Program-made: the position numbers and the translations under genes
In this document: in pieces, positions 1 to 12,810 of the stretch
Layout of the letters: the number at the start of each line of letters is the position of its first letter
Numbering within the stretch: the first letter of the stretch is position 1
Source of the DNA: Eledone cirrhosa
Taxonomy: Eukaryota
Direction of reading: 5' to 3'
NCBI GenBank assembly: GCA_964016885.1
Contig: OZ024764.1
Location: 992,001 to 1,056,000, forward strand
DNA length: 64,000 nt
The notes under the pieces: model-generated
Told to the model about the DNA's origin: nothing
Databases searched by the model: none
Seen by the model: the letters and a program-made list of their open reading frames with translations, nothing else

Positions 1-2527
1 TACAGTGTGGACTGGGTACTTTTGGTTATGACACCTACATGACCACTTTACAGTGTGGACTGGGTACTTTTTGTTGTGACACCTACATGACCACTTTACA
101 GTGTGGACTGGGTACTTTTTGTTGTGACACCTACATGACCACTTTACAGTGTGGACTGGGTACTTTTTGTTGTGACACCTACATGACCACTTTACAGTGT
201 GGACTGGGTGTTGTTTGTTGTGACACCTACATGACCACTTTATAGTGTGGACTGGTTGGTTTTTGTCAAGACACCTACATGACCACTTTACAGTGTGGAC
301 TGGGTACTTTTTGTTGTGACACCTACATGACTACTTTACAGTGTGGACTGGGTACGTTTTGTTGTGACACCTACATGACCAGTTTACAGTGTGGACTGGG
401 TGCTTTTTGTTGTGACACCTACATGACTACTTTACAGCGTGTACTGGGTGCTTTTTGTTGTGACACCTACATGACCACTTTACAGTGTGGACTGGGTACT
501 TTTTGTTGTGACACCTATATGACCACTTTACAGTGTGGACTGGGTGCTTTTTGTCATGACACCTACATGACCACTTTACAGTGTAGACTGGGTACTTTTT
601 GTTGTGACACCTACATGACCACTTTACAGTGTGGACTGGGTACTTTTTGTTGTGACACTGACATGACTACTTTACAGTGTGGACTGGGTACTTTTTGTTG
701 TGACACCTACATGACCACTTTACAGTGTGGACTGGGTGCTTTTTGTTGTGACACCTACATGACTACTTTACAGCGTGTACTGGGTGCTTTTTGTCATGAC
801 ACCTACATGACCACTTTACAGTGTAGACTGGGTACTTTTTGTTGTGACACCTACATGACCACTTTACAGTGTGGACTGGGTACTTTTTGTTGTGACACTG
901 ACATGACTACTTTACAGTGTGGACTGGGTACTTTTTGTTGTGACACCTACATGACCACTTTACAGTGTGGACTGGGTGCTTTTTGTTGTGACACCTACAT
1001 GACTACTTTACAGCGTGTACTGGGTGCTTTTTGTTGTGACACCTATATGACCACTTTACAGTGTGGACTGGGTGCTTTTTGTCATGACACCTACATGACC
1101 ACTTTACAGAGTGGACTGGGTACTTTTTGTTGTGACACCTACATGACCACTTTACAGTGTGGACTGGGTACTTTTTGTTGTGACACCTACATGACCACTT
1201 TACAGTGTGGACTGGGTACTTTTTGTTGTGACACCTACATGACCACTTTACAGTGTGGACTGGGTGTTGTTTGTTGTGACACCTACATGACCACTTTATA
1301 GTGTGGACTGGTTGGTTTTTGTCAAGACACCTACATGACCACTTTATAGTGTGGACTGGGTACTTTTTGTTGTGACACCTACATGACTACTTTACAGTGT
1401 GGACTGGGTACGTTTTGTTGTGACACCTACATGACCAGTTTACAGTGTGGACTGGGTGCTTTTTGTTGTGACACCTACATGACTACTTTACAGCGTGTAC
1501 TGGGTGCTTTTTGTTGTGACACCTACATGACCACTTTACAGTGTGGACTGGGTACTTTTTGTTGTGACACCTATATGACCACTTTACAGTGTGGACTGGG
1601 TGCTTTTTGTCATGACACCTACATGACCACTTTACAGTGTAGACTGGGTACTTTTTGTTGTGACACCTACATGACCACTTTACAGTGTGGACTGGGTACT
1701 TTTTGTTGTGACACTGACATGACTACTTTACAGTGTGGACTGGGTACTTTTTGTTGTGACACCTACATGACCACTTTACAGTGTGGACTGGGTGCTTTTT
1801 GTTGTGACACCTACATGACTACTTTACAGCGTGTACTGGGTGCTTTTTGTCATGACACCTACATGACCACTTTACAGTGTAGACTGGGTACTTTTTGTTG
1901 TGACACCTACATGACCACTTTACAGTGTGGACTGGGTACTTTTTGTTGTGACACTGACATGACTACTTTACAGTGTGGACTGGGTACTTTTTGTTGTGAC
2001 ACCTACATGACCACTTTACAGTGTGGACTGGGTACTTTTTGTTGTGACACCTACATGACTACTTTACAGCGTGTACTGGGTGCTTTTTGTTGTGACACCT
2101 ATATGACCACTTTACAGTGTGGACTGGGTGCTTTTTGTCATGACACCTACATGACCACTTTACAGAGTGGACTGGGTACTTTTTGTTGTGACACTGACAT
2201 GACTACTTTACAGTGTGGACTGGGTACTTTTTGTAGTGACACCTACATGACCACTTTACAGTGTGGACTGGGTGCTTTTTGCTGTGACACCTACATGACT
2301 ACTTTACAGCGTGTACTGGGTGCTTTTTGTTGTGACACCTAGATGACCACTTTACAGTGTGGACTGGGTACTTTTTGTTGTGACACCTACATGACCACTT
2401 TACAGTGTGGACTGGGTACTTTTTGTTGTGACACCTACATGACCACTTTACAGTGTGGACTGGGTACTTTTTGTTGTGACACCTACATGACCACTTTACA
2501 GTGTAGACTGGGTACTTTTTGTTGTGA
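1..2527 (-). repeat. 48-bp satellite derived from the SINE/RTE-3'UTR internal unit, with higher-order duplications
   Basis: Unit ~GACCACTTTACAGTGTGGACTGGGTACTTTTTGTTGTGACACCTACAT. The variant TATAGTGTGGACTGGTTGG recurs at 241 and 1297 (1056 bp = 22 units). The unit is homologous to the low-copy segment in elements at 17397, 29553 and 51840. Confidence 0.93.
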
Positions 2528-3142
2528 GCCCAACCACTCCAGGTCTAAAAACAGCCGATATTTTCTCTAGAAGAAGCATCAACCCTAATACAGAACTGGT
2601 ACTTTTTTATCGACCCCGAAATGATGATAGTCTAATAGAGTAATGTAAATGCTAAAGGATTAATCAGCCATGTTGGGGAATACCTCCTGTGATTAGGGTG
2701 GATGTACATTAAATGATGATGATGATGATGATGTATGTATGTAAGTGTATATGTATGTGTGTATGTGAATGAGACCAGATGTTAGTAGATAAAGATGCAG
2801 GAGAACTTGAACAACTGGGTCATAACACCACTTCACCTCCCCCACCTGACACCACCTCCACCTACACACCCCTTCCCCCATGCCTAACACTACACCCCCA
2901 CTTCTCACCTCCCCCACACCACCCCCTTCCACCATGCCTACCACTTCTCACCTTCTCCACCATAACACCACTTCACCCCCCCCCCGACATCACCATTACC
3001 CCCACCCACCCCGCCCCGCCGACACCAAACCCTACCTATCTCAACACCCCATCCCACCAATAGGAACATCTACATGGTCACTCAAATTGCTAGAAATACC
3101 AGCCAAACTGCCTACAAAACATACTCCATTGTCTCAACTCTT

Positions 3143-3272
3143 CAGTATTTAAACCTGCCATAACCGGCCAGAATTCTCTCACCCCTTTCTGTTAAGACCG
3201 GCTATAACTGGCTGCTCATACTGATGTGAAGGTATTGTTCTCAAAGTAAATATCATCAAAATCTCATAGATT
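3143..3272 (-). mobile_element. Fragment of the piggyBac-like MITE family also seen at 6922-10868
   Basis: Reverse complement of 10730-10860 (ATCTATGAGATTTTGAT...GAGAGAATTCTGGC). Confidence 0.65.
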
Positions 3273-3274
3273 TG

Positions 3275-3434
3275 ATCATCATCATCGTTTAACATCTATC
3301 TTCCACGCTAGTATGGGTTGGATGGGTTTGTCCCACTTGAGGCAAGGTTGGTCGGGTGACCGTGTCTTGCTCATATAGGACTGTCTGGCAGGTTTTCTAC
3401 GGCTGGATGCCCTTCCTAACACCAACCACATTTA
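3275..3434 (-). mobile_element. 3' tail fragment of RTE/SINE family ending in (GAT)n
   Basis: Minus strand reads TAGGAAGGGCATCCAGCCGTAGAAAACC...CCATACTAGCGTGGAAGATAGATGTTAAACGATGATG, near-identical to 6130-6275 and 56675-56840. Confidence 0.85.
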
Positions 3435-4110
3435 CACCACCACCATCTCCACTACTACCACCACCACCACCATCTCCACTACCACCACCACCACCACCAC
3501 CAACACTACCAGCACCACCACCACCACTACCACTACACCACAACCACTACCACTACACACCACCACCACTACCAGCACCAGCACCACCACTACCAGCACT
3601 ACACACCACCACCAGCAATACACACCACCACCACTACCAGCACTACACACCACCACCGCTACCAGCACTACACACCACCACCACTACACACCACCACCAC
3701 ACCACCAACACTACACCACCACCACCACAACCACCAACACTACACACCACCACCACCACCACTACACATCATCACCACCACCACCACCACCACCACCATC
3801 ACCACCGCCACCACCACCACCACTACACACCACCACCACTACACACCACCGCCACTACACACCACCACCACCACCACCACAACCACCAACACTACACACC
3901 ACCACCATCACTACACACCATCACCACCACCACCACCACTACACACCACCACCATCACTACACACCATCACCACCACCACCACTACACACCACAACCACC
4001 ACCACTACACACCACCACCACTACACACCCCTACCACAACCACCACCACCACCACCACCACACCACCACCATCACCACTACCACCACTACACACCACCAC
4101 CACCACCACC
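3435..4110. repeat. (CAC)n/CACTAC low-complexity tract
   Basis: Direct reading; abuts the TAT exon donor site. Confidence 0.95.
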
Positions 4111-4116
4111 ACTTAC

Positions 4117-4258
4117 CAATGGTCAGAACTATCATCTCCTTGCTCTTGTTTGGAACCAGCTTCATGGTGTCAACGAGTCGTCTGATCGGGTTAATGGATC
4201 TGTGGGCAAAGACGGATGCTGAAACTACCCAGGGGACTTCATTGCTGTTGTTGTTCAT
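4117..4258 (-). CDS. TAT: Tyrosine aminotransferase, first coding exon (exon 4117-4273); remaining exons lie beyond position 1
   Basis: Translates to MNNNSNEVPWVVSASVFAHRSINPIRRLVDTMKLVPNKSKEMIVLTI(G). This resembles the animal TAT N-terminus as I recall it (W-x-V..S......NPIR.IVD.MK..PN..K.MI.L.IG|DPT). Acceptor ttttgcag at 4274, donor GTAAGT at 4116-4111, phase 1 within the Gly codon. Confidence 0.88.
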
Positions 4259-4304
4259 CACTTTCTTGGGCTACTGCAAAACATCATAGGAAATATAAAT
4301 TATA

Positions 4305-6290
4305 CACTAGGGCAGTCAAAATTGACGGAAGTTACAGAGTAGGTAGACCCAGAAAAACCTGGGACAACTTGATAAATTCCTACCTTACAAACGTGGACCT
4401 CTCTAAGACAATGTCACTGGACCGAGATTTTTGGCGCTACGCAGTAATACAGAAGACCCGACTTGCCTAAGTACAAAGCGAAACCTACTCAAGTCAGTAG
4501 GCACCTCTAACAAAAATACACCCCCGTCCCACTACCCCCTTCAATTTGAAGTTATGTTGGTACCACAACATCCAGTCCGAAACAAATGAGGTCGTGTAGG
4601 TGTCATGAGAAAAAATTGATGGTAGTTACGGAGTAGGTAGACCCAGAAAAACCTGGGACAACTTGATAAATTCCTACCTTACACACTTGGACCTCTCTAA
4701 GACAATGTCACTGGACCGAGATCTTTGGCGCTACACAGTAATAAAGAAGACCCGACTTGCCTAAGTACAAAGCGAAACCTACTACAGTCAGTAGGCACCT
4801 CTAACAAAAAATACACCCCCATCCACACCACCCCCTTCAATGTGAAGTTATGTTGGTACCACAACATCCAGTCCGAAACAAATGAGGTCGAGTAGGTGTC
4901 ACGAGAAAAAATTGATGGTAGTTACGGAGTAAGTAGACCCAGAAAAACCTGGGACAACTTGATAAATTCCTACCCTACACCTCTCTAAGACAATGTCACT
5001 GGACCGAGATCTTTGGCGCTACGCAGTAATACAGAAGACCCGCCTTGCCTATGTACAAAGCGAAACCTACAGTCAGTAGGCACCTCTTAACCAAATATAA
5101 ACCCCAATCCATTACCCCTACCCTATCCTCCCACTCCCACCAACACCACCCTCGCTCTGTAAAGTTGGTGCCACAACATCCAGTCCAAATGATAATAAGA
5201 TAATGAGATCGAGATCGTGTATGTGTCACGACTAAAAAGCACCCAGTCCACACTGTAATGTGGCCATGTAGGTAACACGGTAAAAAACTCACAGTCATGC
5301 TGTAATGTGGCCATGTAGATAACACGGTAAAAACTCACAGTCACGCTGTAATGTGGCCGTGTAAGGTGTCAAGACAAAAAACACACAGTCCATGCTGTAA
5401 TGTGGCCGTGTAGGTGTCATGACAAAAAACACACAGTCCACACTGTAATGTGGCCATGTAGGTGTCACAACAAAAAAACACACAGTCCACGCTGTAATGT
5501 GGCCATGTAGGTGTCATGACAAAAAATACACAGTCCACGCTGTAATGTGGCCGTGTAGGTGTCATGACAAAAAACACACAGTCCACGCTGTAATGTGGCC
5601 GTGTAAGTTGTCATGACAAAAAACACACAGTCCACGCTGTAATGTGGTCGTGTAGGTGTCATGACAAAAAACACACAGTCCACACTGTAATGTGGCCGTG
5701 TAGGTGCCATGACAAAAAACACACAGTCCACACTGTAATGTGGCCGTGTAGGTGCCATGACAAAAAACACACAGTCCACGCTGTAATGTGGCCGTGTAGG
5801 TGCCATGACAAAAAACACACAGTCCACGCTGTAATGTGGTCGTGTAGGTGTCATGACAAAAAACACACAGTCCACACTGTAATGTGACCGTGTAGGTGCC
5901 ATGACAAAAAACACACAGTCCACGCTGTAATGTGACCGTGTAGGTGCCATGACAAAAAACACACAGTCCACGCTGTAATGTGACCGTGTAGGTGCCATGA
6001 CAAAAAACACACAGTCCACGCTGTAATGTGGCCGTGTAGGTGTCACAACAAAAACACACAGTCCACGTTGTAATGTGGCCGTGTAGGTAACACGGTAAAA
6101 AGTTCCCAGTCCACACTGTAAATGTGGTTGGTGTTAGGAAGGGCATCCAGCCGTAGAAAACCTGCCAGACAGTCCTATATGAGCAAGATATGGTCACCCG
6201 ACCAACCTTGCCTCAAGTGGGTCAACTCCTATCTAACCCATGCTAGCGTGGAAGATGGACATTAAACGATGGACATTAACGTGGAAGATG
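4305..6290 (+). mobile_element. 5'-truncated RTE-clade LINE: ORF C-terminus plus long 3'UTR, with a ~297-bp triplication and an internal ~49-bp array
   Basis: Encodes IDGSYRVGRPRKTWDNLI...DRDFWRYAV (RTE C-terminal GRPRKTW/DR..W motif), repeated at ~4317, ~4613 and ~4909. Ends in CATGCTAGCGTGGAAGATGGACATTAAACGATG. Confidence 0.8.
5215..6120 (+). repeat. ~49-bp tandem array inside the RTE 3'UTR
   Basis: Unit CACACAGTCCACGCTGTAATGTGGCCGTGTAGGTGTCATGACAAAAAA. Confidence 0.92.
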
Positions 6291-6930
6291 GACATTAAAC
6301 GATACTAGACCACCTGTGACCCGTTGGGTCATGTTCACTTCAAAATATTTAAACAAAATTAAAATATACACAGACATGTATATAATGTGAAATGGAACTG
6401 GAAGGTCCATATATATACGTGTGTGTATGTATATATATATAAATGTGTATATACATATGTATGTATGTGTGTGTATATATATATGTGGGTGTCTGTGATC
6501 TATATACACTGGTCATAGACACACACACTCACATATATATATACACACACACACACACAACAACACCACCACCAGCTCTCTCTCTCTCTCTCTTCCATTC
6601 TCCTTCTCTGTCTCTCCCTCTCTCTATGTCTCTCTTTCAATCTACTCTCTCACAACCACTATCTCTTGCTCTCTATCCCTCACTCTCTATATTTATGAAG
6701 GTACCCAGAACAACCCCATATCTCAGGAACCTTTGCTCCGATTTACTTGTAACTTGTTTTATTTCATTTGTATTCCCATTTCAGGGCCAACTTCCTCTCA
6801 AAGTATTTTCCCATTATGTGCCCTTTTGGCTGTATTACATTACAGACAAGCAAGCAATCACAGACTTTTAGTATTATATAGATATATATATATAGATTAT
6901 CTGGAGGAATTTGTAATCTACTTAACCCTT

Positions 6931-9900
6931 TAACATTTACATTACTCTATATATACTATTGTATTGTCACAGTAAAGGCTTTACCTCACATAATATCTCA
7001 CATAACATTTACATTACTCTATATATACTATTGTATTTTCACAGTAAAGGCTTTACCTCACATAATATCTCACATAACATTTACATTACTCTATATATAC
7101 TATTGTATTGTCACAGTAAAGGTTTTACCTCACATAATATCTCTCATAATATTTACATTACTCTATATATACTATTGTATTATCACAGTAAAGGCTTTGC
7201 CTCACATAATATCTCACATAACATTTACATTATTCTATATATACTATTGTATTTTCACAGTAAAGGCTTTACCTCACATAACATTTACATTACTCTATAT
7301 ATACTATTGTATTTTCACAGTAAAGGCTTTACCTCACATAATATCTCACATAACATTTACATTATTCTATATATACTATTGTATTTTCACAGTAAAGGCT
7401 TTACCTCACATAACATTTACATTACTCTATATATACTATTGTATTGTCACAGTAAAGGCTTTGCCTCACATAATATCTCACATAACATTTACATTACTCT
7501 ATATATACTATTGTATTTTCACAGTAAAGGCTTTACCTCACATAATATCTCATAACATTTACATTACTCTATATATACTATTGTATTTTCACAGTAAAGG
7601 CTTTACCTCACATAATATCTCACATAACATTTACATTACTCTATATATACTATTGTATTTTCACAGTAAAGGCTTTACCTCACATAATATCCCACATAAC
7701 ATTTACATTACTCTATATATACTATTGTATTTTCACAGTAAAGGCTTTACCTCACATAATATCTCACATAACATTTACATTACTCTATATATACTATTGT
7801 ATTTTCACAGTAAAGCCTTTACCTCACATAATATCTCACATAACATTTACATTACTCTATATATACTATTGTATTTTCACAGTAAAGGCTTTACCTCACA
7901 TAATATCTCACATAACATTTACATTACTCTATATATACTATTGTATTTTCACAGTAAAGCCTTTACCTCACATAATATCTCACATAACATTTACATTACT
8001 CTATATATACTATTGTATTTTCACAGTAAAGCCTTTACCTCACATAATATCTCACATAACATTTACATTACTCTATATATACTATTGTATTTTCACAGTA
8101 AAGCCTCTACCTCACATAATATCTCACATAACATTTACATTACTCTATATATACTATTATATTTTCACAGTAAAGGCTTTACCTCACATAATATCTCACA
8201 TAACATTTACATTACTCTATATATACTATTGTATTGTCACAGTAAAGGCTTTACCTCACATAACATTTACATTACTCTATATATACTATTGTATTGTCAC
8301 AGTAAAGGCTTTACCTCACATAATATCTCACATAACATTTACATTACTCTATATATACTATTGTATTGTCACAGTAAAGACTTTACCTCACATAATATCT
8401 CACATAACATTTACATTACTCTATATATACTATTGTATTGTCACAGTAAAGGCTTTACCTCACATAATTGTTTCTACTTTAGGCACAAGGCCAGCAATTA
8501 TCCAGTGCATTACTGGTACTTTATTTTATCGACCCCGTAAGGATGAAAGGCAAAGTAAACCTCGGCGGGATTTGAACTCAGATCGTAAAGGGACGTAACT
8601 ATGCTGGAAAGCATGGCGTCAAACCCTCTACCGATACTGCCAATCCACCACCTCACATAATATCTCACATAACATTTACATTACTCTATATATACTATTG
8701 TATTTTCACAGTAAAGGTCTACCTCACATAATATCTCACATAACATTTACATTACTCTATATATACTATTGTATTGACACAGTAAAGGCTTTACCTCACA
8801 TAATATCTCACATAACATTTACATTACTCTATATATACTATTGTATTGTCACAGTAAAGGCTTTACCTCACATATCTCACATAACATTTACATTACTCTA
8901 TATATACTATTGTATTGTCACAGTAAAGGCTTTACCTCACATAATATCTCACATAACATTTACATTACTCTATATATACTATTGTATTGTCACAGTAAAG
9001 GCTTTACCTCACATAATATCTCACATAACATTTACATTACTCTATATATATAATTGTATTGTCACAGTAAAGGCTTTACCTCACATAAAATCTCACATAA
9101 CATTTACATTACTCCATATATACTATTGTATTGTCACAGTAAAGGCTTTACCTCACATAATATCTCACATAACATTTACATTACTCTATATATACTATTG
9201 TATTGTCACAGTAAAGGCTTTACCTCACATAATATCTCTCATAACATTTACATTACTCTATATATACTATTGTATTGTCACAGTAAAGGCTTTACCTCAC
9301 ATAATATCTCACATAACATTATTTACATTACTCTATATATACTATTGTATTATCACAGTAAAGGCTTTGCCTCACATAATATCTCACATAACATTTACAT
9401 TATTCTATATATACTATTGTATTTTCACAGTAAAGGCTTTACCTCACATAACATTTACATTACTCTATATATACTATTGTATTTTCACAGTAAAGGCTTT
9501 ACCTCACATAATATCTCACATAACATTTACATTACTCTATATATACTATTGTATTGTCACAGTAAAGGCTTTACCTCACATAATATCTCTCATAATATTT
9601 ACATTACTCTATATATACTATTGTATTATCACAGTAAAGGCTTTGCCTCACATAATATCTCACATAACATTTACATTATTCTATATATACTATTGTATTT
9701 TCACAGTAAAGGCTTTACCTCACATAACATTTACATTACTCTATATATACTATTGTATTTTCACAGTAAAGGCTTTACCTCACATAATATCTCACATAAC
9801 ATTTACATTATTCTATATATACTATTGTATTTTCACAGTAAAGGCTTTACCTCACATAACATTTACATTACTCTATATATACTATTGTATTGTCACAGTA

Positions 9901-10725
9901 AAGGCTTTGCCTCACATAATATCTCACATAACATTTACATTACTCTATATATACTATTGTATTTTCACAGTAAAGGCTTTACCTCACATAATATCTCACA
10001 TAACATTTACATTACTCTATATATACTATTGTATTTTCACAGTAAAGGCTTTACCTCACATAATATCTCACATAACATTTACATTACTCTATATATACTA
10101 TTGTATTTTCACAGTAAAGGCTTTACCTCACATAATATCTCACATAACATTTACATTACTCTATATATACTATTGTATTTTCACAGTAAAGGCTTTACCT
10201 CACATAATATCTCACATAACATTTACATTACTCTATATATACTATTGTATTGTCACAGTAAAGGCTTTACCTCACATAATATCTCACATAACATTTACAT
10301 TACTCTATATATACTATTGTATTTTCACAGTAAAGGCTTTACCTCACATAATATCTCACATAACATTTACATTACTCTATATATACTATTGTATTTTCAC
10401 AGTAAAGGCTTTACCTCACATAATATCTCACATAACATTTACATTACTCTATATATACTATTGTATTGTCACAGTAAAGGCTTTACCTCACGTAATATCT
10501 CACATAACATTTACATTACTCTATATATACTATTGTATTGTCACAGTAAAGGCTTTACTCCACATAATATCTCACATAACATTTACATTACTCTATATAT
10601 ACTATTGTATTGTCACAGTAAAGGCTTTACCTCACATAATACCTCACATAACATTTACATTACTCTATATATACCATTGTATTTTCACAGTAAAGGCTTT
10701 ATCTCACATAATTATCTCAGATAAT
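6931..10725. repeat. 72-bp AT-rich satellite (with 60-bp deletion variants)
   Basis: Unit AACATTTACATTACTCTATATATACTATTGTATTTTCACAGTAAAGGCTTTACCTCACATAATATCTCACAT, about 50 copies. Confidence 0.95.
8469..8650 (-). mobile_element. tRNA-derived SINE inserted in the 72-bp satellite
   Basis: Minus-strand head TGGATTGGCAGTATCGGTAGAG...GAGTTCAAATCCCGCCGAGG (A/B-box-like). Flanked by the direct repeat CCTCACATAAT (8458-8468 and 8651-8661). A partial copy lies at 35780-35850. Confidence 0.8.
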
Positions 10726-11029
10726 ATCGAATCTATGAGATTTTGATATTATTTATTTTGAGAACACTACCTTAACATCAGTATGAGTGGCCAGTTATAG
10801 CTGGTTTGAACAGAAAGGGGTGAGAGAATTCTGGCAGGATATGGCTGGGTATGAATGCTAAAGGGTTGAATATAATATTACTAGCTGCCACCCTCAAAAT
10901 CTACCACACACCATCCGACAGACACACAGACAGGCATGTTTGAGGCATATTAATACAGAGTTCATAAGTTCAACAGAAGGAGATATTGACAATGCCCCCC
11001 CCCCCCCTTTTTTTTCACATACTGTTAGT

Positions 11030-11625
11030 GGGGGTGGAGGTGGTGTAGTGGTGGTGGTGGTGGTAGTGGTGGTGTAGTGGTGGTGGTGTGGTGGTGGTGT
11101 GGTGGTGGTGGTAATGGCGGTGTAGTGGTGGTGGTGGCGTAATGTGTGTGTGTGTGGGGGGGGGGGGGTAATGGTGATGGTGTAATGGAAGTAATGGATG
11201 GTGGTGTAGTGGTGGTGGTGGCGGTGGTGTGGTCAGGTGTTGGTGTAGTGGCAGTAATGGATAGTGGTGGTGGTGGTGGTGGTGTAGTGGCAGTGGTAGT
11301 GGTGGTGATGAGGGTTTGGTGTAGTGGTAGTGGTTGTCAGTGATGGTCGTGGTGGTGGTGGTGATGGTGAAGGTGGTGCAAGGGTAGTGGTGGCAGTGAT
11401 GGTGGTGGTGGTGATGGTGTAGTGGCAGTGATGGTGGCGGCGGTGGTGGTGGTGGAATGGTGTTAGAAGGGGTGGTGATGTAAGTGTTGGGGTGGTGGTG
11501 GTGGTGGTGGTGTCGGTGTATAAAGATGGGGGTGTATAAAGAGGGGGGGGTCGGTGTATAAAGGTGGGGGTGGTGGGGGTGGGGGTGTCAGTGTATAAAG
11601 GTGGTGGTGGTGGTAGTGGTGATGG
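11030..11625. repeat. (GGT)n low-complexity tract
   Basis: Direct reading. Confidence 0.9.
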
Positions 11626-11999
11626 AGGGCTGAGGAAAAAAAAATAACCTAATTCCAGAAGTAGCCCTATCTACTTCTGGTGAACCCCAAATCATCCCTA
11701 CACGCCATCCCCCTGCTCCACCCCCTAGATATGAACTGCAGGAGGGAACTCCAGCCCTCCCCTCAGTGGGGAGAAGAGGTGAGAAGCTACTTACAATGGG
11801 GCTTTAACACAAGATTGTCTCAACCCTTTCATAACCAACCTCCCCCAAGCCCTACATCTGGGTTTTTGAGATATCCTCCACCCCAAACACAATTTAAAGG
11901 GTTCCTCTTAAACCATATTTCTAATGGAAAACCCTGACTATGACTTTCAAATACTGGATATTTGATGGGATTTACTAATATAACTAACTTTCTGATTAT

Positions 12000-12810
12000 T
12001 AAGTTGGTGTTTGGAACATAACTTAACAAAGGTTCTTACATAAAATTATGATGGAAGGTTTTTAGATAAATATAAACACTTTAACCCTTTCTTTACCATA
12101 TTTCTAATGAAAGACACTGTTGATGTTTGGAACATAACTTAACAAAGGTTCTTACATTACCATATTTCTAATGAAAGACACTTTTGGTGTTTGGAACATA
12201 ACTTAACAAAGGTTCTTACATAAAATTATGATGGAAGGTTTTTAGATAAATATAAACACTTTAACCCTTTCATTACCATATTTCTAATGACACTGTTGGT
12301 GTTTGGAACATAACTTAACAAAGGTTCTTACATAAAATTATGAAGGAAGGTTTTTAGATAAATATAAACACTTTAACCCTTTCATTACCATATTTCTAAT
12401 GAAAGACACTGTTGGTGTTTGGAACATAACTTAACAAAGGTTCTTACATCAAATTATGATGGAAGGTTTTTAGATAAATATAAACACTTTAACCCTTTCA
12501 TTACCATATTTCTAATGAAAGACACTGTTGGTGTTTGGAACATAACTTAACAAAGGTTCTTACATAAAATTATGATGGAAGGTTTTTAGATAAATATAAA
12601 CACTTTAACCCTTTCATTACCATATTTCTAATGAAAGACACTGTTGGTGTTTGGAACATAACTTAACAAAGGTTCTTACATAAAATTATGATGGAAGGTT
12701 TTTAGATAAATATAAACACTTTAACCCTTTCATTACCATATTTCTAATGAAAGACACTGTTGGTGTTTGGAACATAACTTAACAAAGGTTCTTACATAAA
12801 ATCATGATGA
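12000..12810. repeat. ~119-bp tandem repeat containing a TTAACCCTTTC MITE-like terminus
   Basis: Unit TTGGTGTTTGGAACATAACTTAACAAAGG...CACTTTAACCCTTTCATTACCATATTTCTAATGAAAGACACTG, about 7 copies. Confidence 0.9.

Larger units (their letters stand above)
6922..10868. mobile_element. piggyBac-like MITE whose interior is expanded into a 72-bp satellite
   Basis: Left end TTAACCCTTTAACATT and right end AATGCTAAAGGGTTGAA are imperfect TIRs. TTAA+CCC termini are typical of piggyBac. Confidence 0.6.

Noticed and set aside
39-2570. Long Cys-rich repeat ORFs (also 6959-10746, 45525-46988, 56766-61963)
   Set aside because: These are satellite translations. Several frames are open at once, frameshifts follow poly-T length changes, and the units derive from non-coding element segments.
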